Assembly: GCA_963737635.1 (NCBI GenBank)
Contig: CAVTTL010000001.1
Location: 1,536,001-1,600,000 of the forward strand
DNA length: 64,000 nt
Origin: an uncultured Methanoregulaceae archaeon
GTDB taxonomy: Archaea; Halobacteriota; Methanomicrobia; Methanomicrobiales; Methanospirillaceae
Reading direction: 5' to 3'
Positions within the stretch are counted from its first letter, which is position 1. Each line of letters starts with the position of its first letter. The position numbers and the translations under genes were made by a program. The notes under the pieces are model-generated. The model was not told the origin of the DNA, searched no databases, and saw only the letters and a program-made list of their open reading frames with translations. Of this stretch, positions 58,321 to 64,000 are shown in pieces.

Positions 58321-59819
58321 ATGTGCGCCAGTTTTTTAAACCGGTGGGGAAAACCGCGACCCCATATCGTTGAAAGCCCTCCACCACCCTCAATTGCGCA
58401 CGGTGCGGGAATGCAGATCCCTGAATACAAGAACCAGCCCTATTTTATCGTTGCTTCCGTTGAGATGGGTAATACAACTACCAAGTGTATCCTTACCGGT
58501 GTGAGCCTAGAAACCGGTAAATCGTACGTTATCAACAAGACGGTGAGCATGAGCCGGGATATACGTCCGCCAAAGCCCGGGGAGGAAGTCTTCGGTGAGA
58601 CACTTGACGGGACAAAACTCTCGCGACTGGCAGTCACCGAGCTGGTGCGGGATACCTTAATCCAGTGCCACCAAGAGGCACGCCTTGACATCAAGACAGA
58701 TCTCGATTTTGTCGTCAGAAGCACCGGTGTGGTGGCAGAGATGGAATCCCCGGATCAGATCGGGGATTTTGTTATCGCCCTCGCAAACGGCTGCCTGATC
58801 GCTGGTGTCCCTCCCAAAAAGATGACACCGCCCATGACCAAAGCAAACCAGGCCGAAAAACTCCAGCCGTTCAGCTTCGCCGACAAAGTTGTTTTTATTG
58901 GAGCAGTTGCCGGGGTGATCCCACCGGTGGGTTCAACCGGGGTCGAGATGGTTGCAAACGAGATGGAGGGTGAACTTGCGATGGCCGGGATCAAGGAAGG
59001 CGCAAAGTGGACGCCAGTCGATTTCCGGAATCCCTGTGTATCAGTGGATTTCGGGACGACGCTTGACGGGAGGATCACCAGTGACGTTAAGCCGGATGAT
59101 CCAAACCCGTTTGCAAAGACCATCGGCAATTTCTGCGGTCTTGCCGGGGCAATTCCTGACGCGATCGTCCGGGTACCGGTCTTGTCCAGGCGCGGACCGG
59201 CACCGCTCTTGACATCTTTGGCGAGCACAGTGTTGCCGGCGGATTTTTCTCCGGGAGTAACCGAAAGGTTGTAGAGGATTTAGTCAACAGGTGCCACGAA
59301 CATATTGATATCAGGATTGTACCACCGGACCGGGACCGGTTTGGGCGTGTGCCGGTCAATGCGAAGCTGGCAAAAGAGTCCAAGGTAGCGATGATTGGAT
59401 GTGACTGTGGGAGCAATAGCAGCGATCTCGACAAGCTGATCGAGATCGGTGCAGAAATCCATAAAAAATACAATCTTTCAGTTCTCAATGATGTGGTCGA
59501 CAGGGTTTGTGCGAGAATGGCCCTGAGGCTTATCGATGTTGCCGTTGAAGAACATCTGGTCCCAAGAAACGCCTCGATCGGTTTTACCGGCAGGGCGGCG
59601 ATCTCCGGACGAAAACCCGAGTATATCCTGGAAGGAATTATAGAGCGCAACCTCTTTGACGACCCAAATGACCATCTCGTCTTCGTCGATGACGGCCTTG
59701 CCCGGGGGGCAGCTCTGATGGGGCGGTGTATGAACTCGCTTGGAAAACCCAAAAATCCCATTGGGGGGGTAAGGGGCGGGCCCTGTATTATGAGCCGGAG
59801 AATCAAAATCGGTAAGTAA
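58321..59819 (+). CDS. Methanogenesis marker protein 14, frameshift at ~59172
   Basis: VASVEMGNTTTKCIL, NEMEGEL, VDFGTTLDGR, DDGLARGAALMGRCMNSLG. Confidence 0.88.
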
Positions 59820-59832
59820 GGATAGATCCATT

Positions 59833-60108
59833 ATGTCAGACCAACCAGTAACCGATCAGAATCGTGAAAGCCAGAATCCCGAAGAATCGCTCTGTGATGT
59901 CCTGATTCCCCCGGGGGTCCCGCGCTCCATTATCCTGGATATAGCAAAAAAGTTTGACGTCGAGGTTGTAGAACGCAAACAGAAACTATATTTTGCCAAT
60001 ATGGAAGGGGATGAGAGAGAACTTCTTGCGTTCCGTGGCAGGCGCGATGTGGCAGAACAGGTTGAAAAGTATATGATCGATGAGGTTCGCAAGTTTATCG
60101 GGGAATAA
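59833..60108 (+). CDS. Hypothetical protein
   Basis: 91 aa ORF directly after marker 14; IPPGVP and LLAFRG. Confidence 0.7.
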   Translation: MSDQPVTDQNRESQNPEESLCDVLIPPGVPRSIILDIAKKFDVEVVERKQKLYFANMEGDERELLAFRGRRDVAEQVEKYMIDEVRKFIGE

Positions 60109-60134
60109 GAGCGTTTCTCTGTCGATATCCGACC

Positions 60135-61046
60135 CTATTTTTTAAGGAGTTTTACCAGTAATGCTTTTTGGGCATGGAGCCGGTTTTCGGCCTCGTCCCA
60201 CACAAGGCTTTGCGGGCCGTCAAGTACGTCCCCGGTAATTTCCTCGCCCCGGTGGGCGGGCAGGCAATGGAGCACCCGGACGTCCGGAGCGGCATGTCGA
60301 AGTAACGAATCGTTTACCGTAAACGTGTGGAACGCAGCAAGCCTTTTTTCCCGCTCTTTCTCATCGCCCATCGAGACCCACGTGTCGGTGACAATCACAT
60401 GCGCATCCTTCACTGCCTCTGCCGGAGATGAAGTCATCTTAACGTTCCCTCCAAGTTTACGTGCGCGGTCGAGGATCTCCGGTGCCACCTCATATCCTTT
60501 CGGGCTTGCCACCGTAACAGCCATACCGGTGAGAGCAGATGAGAGGACAAGAGATCTGCAGACGTTATTTCCGTCTCCTACCCACGCGACGCCGAGATCC
60601 CTGACATCCCCAAAATGCTCGCGTATGGTCAGGATATCCGCAAGGAGCTGGCAGGGATGTTCGCGATCGGAGAGCCCGTTGATGACCGGTATCGTGGCAT
60701 GCTCCGCCAGTTCTTCAATTGTACAGTGGCGGTACGCACGGATCATCACCGCAGATACATAGCGGGACGCGACCCGTGCAGTGTCGCGGATCTCCTCTCC
60801 CCTCCCTATCTGGAGATCCTTTGCGTTTAAAAAGAGCGCATGGCCGCCGAGTTCGTGCATGCCCACCTCAAACGAGATATGTGTCCGGGTAGAGGACTTT
60901 TCGAAGATCATGGCAAGTGACATGCCCCGGAGTAACTCATGGGGCACCCCCGCCCTCTTCTGGCGTTTGAGGCGCTCTGCGTCGGAAAGGATCTCGCCGA
61001 GCTCTGTTTTGGTGATGTCCAGAATGGAAAGAAAATCTTTCTTCAT
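60135..61046 (-). CDS. argF: Ornithine carbamoyltransferase
   Basis: [27 protein letters not shown]. Confidence 0.97.
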   Translation of the reverse strand: MKKDFLSILDITKTELGEILSDAERLKRQKRAGVPHELLRGMSLAMIFEKSSTRTHISFEVGMHELGGHALFLNAKDLQIGRGEEIRDTARVASRYVSAVMIRAYRHCTIEELAEHATIPVINGLSDREHPCQLLADILTIREHFGDVRDLGVAWVGDGNNVCRSLVLSSALTGMAVTVASPKGYEVAPEILDRARKLGGNVKMTSSPAEAVKDAHVIVTDTWVSMGDEKEREKRLAAFHTFTVNDSLLRHAAPDVRVLHCLPAHRGEEITGDVLDGPQSLVWDEAENRLHAQKALLVKLLKK

Positions 61047-62329
61047 CGCAGTTCCTTCATGTGGGCGATCCGCCGATCGAGCAGCGCCTGTGTCCCGATG
61101 TCGCTCCGGTGGTAGACATTTCCCTTCACTGCCGATGCGGCCTGCTCTGCAATGAGTTCTGCCGTTGCAAGGGTATCTGCTTTTCCCACAAAAGCAAGTG
61201 TCCGCGAGGTGAGGGTAAAGAGCCTGCCGTCCCGCTCCTCGACGTTTGCATAATAGAGGATCGCGTCGCCTTCCTTACCGGTGACCAGTGGTTTGCCGGT
61301 AAGTGGCGCTGCCGGATATCCCTCAGGCACAAGGTACTTGCACACGGTTGCCGCGCACTCAAATGCCACCTTGGATGCCGAAAGAGTACCCTCCGTAATT
61401 CCGGTAACCACATCAGTAAAATCGGAAGAGAGGAGCGTAAGCACATTCATCGCTTCAGGATCCCCAAACCGGGCATTGAATTCTATCACTTTGGGACCCT
61501 CAGCAGTATTCATGAACTGGCCGTACAGGACCCCTTTGTAAGGAAACCCCTCTTGTGCCATTGCAGCGACTACTGAGGCCATGATTGTAAGAGCGGCGGT
61601 GTGATCTTTCCCACTCACGAAAGGGAGCATATGGTCCGGCATCGTGTACGAACCCATCCCGCCGGTGTTTGGCCCGGTGTCTCCTTCAAATGCTCTTTTG
61701 TGATCCTGCACGAGCGGCATAGGGACGATATGGAAACCGTCGACAAATGCCTGAAGCGTGAATTCTTCACCTTTCAACCGTTCTTCGAGAACAACTCCGC
61801 CGTCAATCTCCTTAATATATGCTATGGCCCCGGCACGGTCCACCTGTTCTCCCATGATCCGGACGCCTTTCCCTCCGGTCAGGCCGATCGGCTTAACGGC
61901 CAGATCGCCGTCATGATCCTTGACAAACGCGATTGCTCCTGACGTATCATTGAAGACCCGGTAGGTGGGGTTCCCTCCTATATTATGATGCGTCATAAGG
62001 TTCCGGCAGAACGCCTTATCTGTTTCAATGCGGGCGGCCATCTTTGTCGGGCCCACGCATTCCACTCCCGAGGCAGAAAGTCGGTCAACCACACCGGCCT
62101 CGAGAGGTGCTTCGGGGCCTATAAATGCATGAGTGACGCCGGTCTCCCCGGCAAACGCCGAAATCCGGGCCAGATCCGTTTCCGGCGCAAGGCAGATCTT
62201 CCGGGAGATGCGGGCAATGCCGGGGTTCTTTCGTGACATTACAGAATAGATCTCATTCTCGCCGGTGCGGGAAAGTGCAGACGCGATCGCATGTTCCCGT
62301 CCTCCGCCACCGATAACGAGAATCTTCAT
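61043..62329 (-). CDS. purD: Phosphoribosylamine-glycine ligase
   Basis: [33 protein letters not shown]. Confidence 0.97.
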   Translation of the reverse strand: MKILVIGGGGREHAIASALSRTGENEIYSVMSRKNPGIARISRKICLAPETDLARISAFAGETGVTHAFIGPEAPLEAGVVDRLSASGVECVGPTKMAARIETDKAFCRNLMTHHNIGGNPTYRVFNDTSGAIAFVKDHDGDLAVKPIGLTGGKGVRIMGEQVDRAGAIAYIKEIDGGVVLEERLKGEEFTLQAFVDGFHIVPMPLVQDHKRAFEGDTGPNTGGMGSYTMPDHMLPFVSGKDHTAALTIMASVVAAMAQEGFPYKGVLYGQFMNTAEGPKVIEFNARFGDPEAMNVLTLLSSDFTDVVTGITEGTLSASKVAFECAATVCKYLVPEGYPAAPLTGKPLVTGKEGDAILYYANVEERDGRLFTLTSRTLAFVGKADTLATAELIAEQAASAVKGNVYHRSDIGTQALLDRRIAHMKELR

Positions 62330-62385
62330 GATCCATCACATGGGTTCTTTTGTTAAAAATGGTTTATGTTTGGTGTGCGCTTTCT

Positions 62386-62889
62386 TCAGAGGATCTCGCT
62401 GACCTTCACAAGCGGAAAGAGATCGATCGCATGCTCTTTTAAAGCTGCTGCTGCGCCCTGCTCACGGTCGACAACAGTGACAACCCGGTCAGCGTGCGCA
62501 CCGGCGTCCCGGAGCACTGAAATACCATATAATGCCGATCCCCCGGATGTAGTGACATCTTCGACAAGGAGGACCACCTTTTCTTTGACCTCGCCGATGA
62601 TCAGATTTTTCTTGCCGTGGTCTTTCTCTTCTGACCGGATAATAGCAAAGGGTTTTTTCGCAGCGAGCGCGGTTGCGACTGCCAGCGGTACTCCTCCGAC
62701 GGCCACACCTGCCACCACATCAAATTCGTATCGTTCTGCGATCTCGTGTGCTATCGCCGAGAGGAATTCGGGGTGCGTTACCGCCGTTTTTACATCGACA
62801 TAATACCGGCTTTTTGCACCAGACGATAAGGTAAAGTCGCCAAATTCGATGGCTTTGTGCCTGATAAGAAGATCTGCGAGCGCATTCAC
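62386..62889 (-). CDS. pyrE: Orotate phosphoribosyltransferase
   Basis: FTLSSGAKSRYY, VEDVTTSGGS, VVDRE. Confidence 0.95.
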   Translation of the reverse strand: MNALADLLIRHKAIEFGDFTLSSGAKSRYYVDVKTAVTHPEFLSAIAHEIAERYEFDVVAGVAVGGVPLAVATALAAKKPFAIIRSEEKDHGKKNLIIGEVKEKVVLLVEDVTTSGGSALYGISVLRDAGAHADRVVTVVDREQGAAAALKEHAIDLFPLVKVSEIL

Positions 62890-62895
62890 GGAAAT

Positions 62896-63429
62896 TCACC
62901 AAGGCTCTTTCTTAACCCGGATCTGGAACCCGATAATATTGACCACACGATGAAGGATGGGTGTCAGGACCAGAATAACCACCAGGATTGGCAGCGTTAT
63001 GTTTGTAAGGAGCCATGACGGATCAAAGACAGCTATTAGGATAAAGGCGCCAACGACCAGATCATACTGATCTGCAACCGGCCACGACGCCCCTCGATCT
63101 TTCCCCAGCCGCCTCTTGATAAAACTCTTTCCCATATCGCCGAGGAGTGCCCCAAATGCCAGGATCACAATGGAAGCTCCCGTCTGTTGTGGGAGAAACG
63201 TCCACCCATACGTGATGGTAAGCCAGATCTGCGCTGCCCCGGCGGCGATACCGGCACATACTCCGCATACGAGACCACGGTACGTTTTGCCGTCGCCAAG
63301 GATCCTGCGGCCGTCAGAGTACGTTTTGTTAAGATCTATAGGCATCCCGCCGCCACAGAGCGCTGCGACAGGATTTGGGACATAGGCAGGGACCATGATC
63401 CAGAACGCGGAAAGTAGTATCGAAAGCAA
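62896..63429 (-). CDS. carS: CDP-archaeol synthase
   Basis: PAYVPN, PID, ILGDGKT, GDMGKSFIKRRLG, DQYD, KKEPW; start uncertain (TTG 63429, or the 63513 start of the called ORF). Confidence 0.9.
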   Translation of the reverse strand: MLSILLSAFWIMVPAYVPNPVAALCGGGMPIDLNKTYSDGRRILGDGKTYRGLVCGVCAGIAAGAAQIWLTITYGWTFLPQQTGASIVILAFGALLGDMGKSFIKRRLGKDRGASWPVADQYDLVVGAFILIAVFDPSWLLTNITLPILVVILVLTPILHRVVNIIGFQIRVKKEPW

Positions 63430-63555
63430 CGTTATTATGAATGACTCAGCACTAATAATGTAGCACTCCAATACCTCTAATAAAGAGCAGACAAAAAGAT
63501 TAAGGTTACTCAAAATGCCAAAGATTGTCGTGTCCTTGGTGCATCGGGTGAATAT

Positions 63556-64000
63556 ATGGTGATCAAAAAAACACGCAGCCTTTGCCCCGTCTGTGGGTCA
63601 GTTCTCGAAGCGGAGATTGTCGAGGAAGAGGGGAAGATCTGGCTTGTGCGGACATGCCCCGAGCACGGGCGTTTCCGGCATATTTATTGGTCGGATCCGG
63701 AGATGTACCACCGGTTCGAACGCTATGATGCGATTGGTCGTGGTGTGACAAATCCCCAGAATCCTGTAACGTCAGATACCTGTCCGACTGCCTGTGGTCT
63801 CTGCAGTAACCACCACTCGGGAACGCTGCTTGCAAATATCGACCTGACCAACCGGTGCAATCTCGACTGCGATTTCTGTTTTGCCAATGCCCGCGCATGC
63901 GGGTTCGTATACGAACCCACGTTCGACGAGATTGTTAACATGATGCAGGTGCTCCGGAACGAAAAGCCGGTTCCGGCACCTGCCGTGCAGTTCTCCGGGG
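63556..64000 (+). CDS. tes: Radical SAM tetraether lipid synthase (Tes/GDGT-MAS), 5' part only
   Basis: My translation: MVIKKTRSLCPVC...TCPEHG...CPTACGLCSNH...NIDLTNRCNLDCDFCFANA...AVQFSG; runs off the window end. Confidence 0.85.
   Translation, partial: MVIKKTRSLCPVCGSVLEAEIVEEEGKIWLVRTCPEHGRFRHIYWSDPEMYHRFERYDAIGRGVTNPQNPVTSDTCPTACGLCSNHHSGTLLANIDLTNRCNLDCDFCFANARACGFVYEPTFDEIVNMMQVLRNEKPVPAPAVQFSG

Noticed and set aside
51947-62236. Long antisense ORFs over carA, carB, marker 14, argF and purD
   Set aside because: Shadow frames of well-conserved genes with no independent motifs.

Overview
Archaeal chromosomal window from a methanogen, most likely order Methanomicrobiales (inferred from gene content: methanogenesis marker 14, CarS, tetraether synthase, Hef, PKD surface proteins, many REC/PAS kinases). 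Housekeeping blocks (tRNA-Phe, hef, glyS, metG, carAB, argG, argF, purD, pyrE, carS, tes) flank an accessory stretch at about 30.5-50.4 kb. That stretch holds a signalling cluster, a giant 8-PKD surface protein, an M64-like metallopeptidase paired with a membrane-tethered receiver, and a four-gene secreted-protein operon. The operon (46.0-50.4 kb) is the best candidate for an undescribed system: two paralogous pilin-like beta proteins, a DUF916/PapD-like membrane-anchored protein, and an anchor protein sharing an N-terminal strand motif with the first subunit, suggesting a donor-strand (non-type-IV) fibre. About 16 single-base frameshifts break genes, including essential glyS. Most sit in or beside AGCT or GTAC, which suggests long-read errors at methylated motifs rather than real pseudogenes. 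No CRISPR array, rRNA or transposase was seen. All family calls come from visual motif recognition, not database searches.
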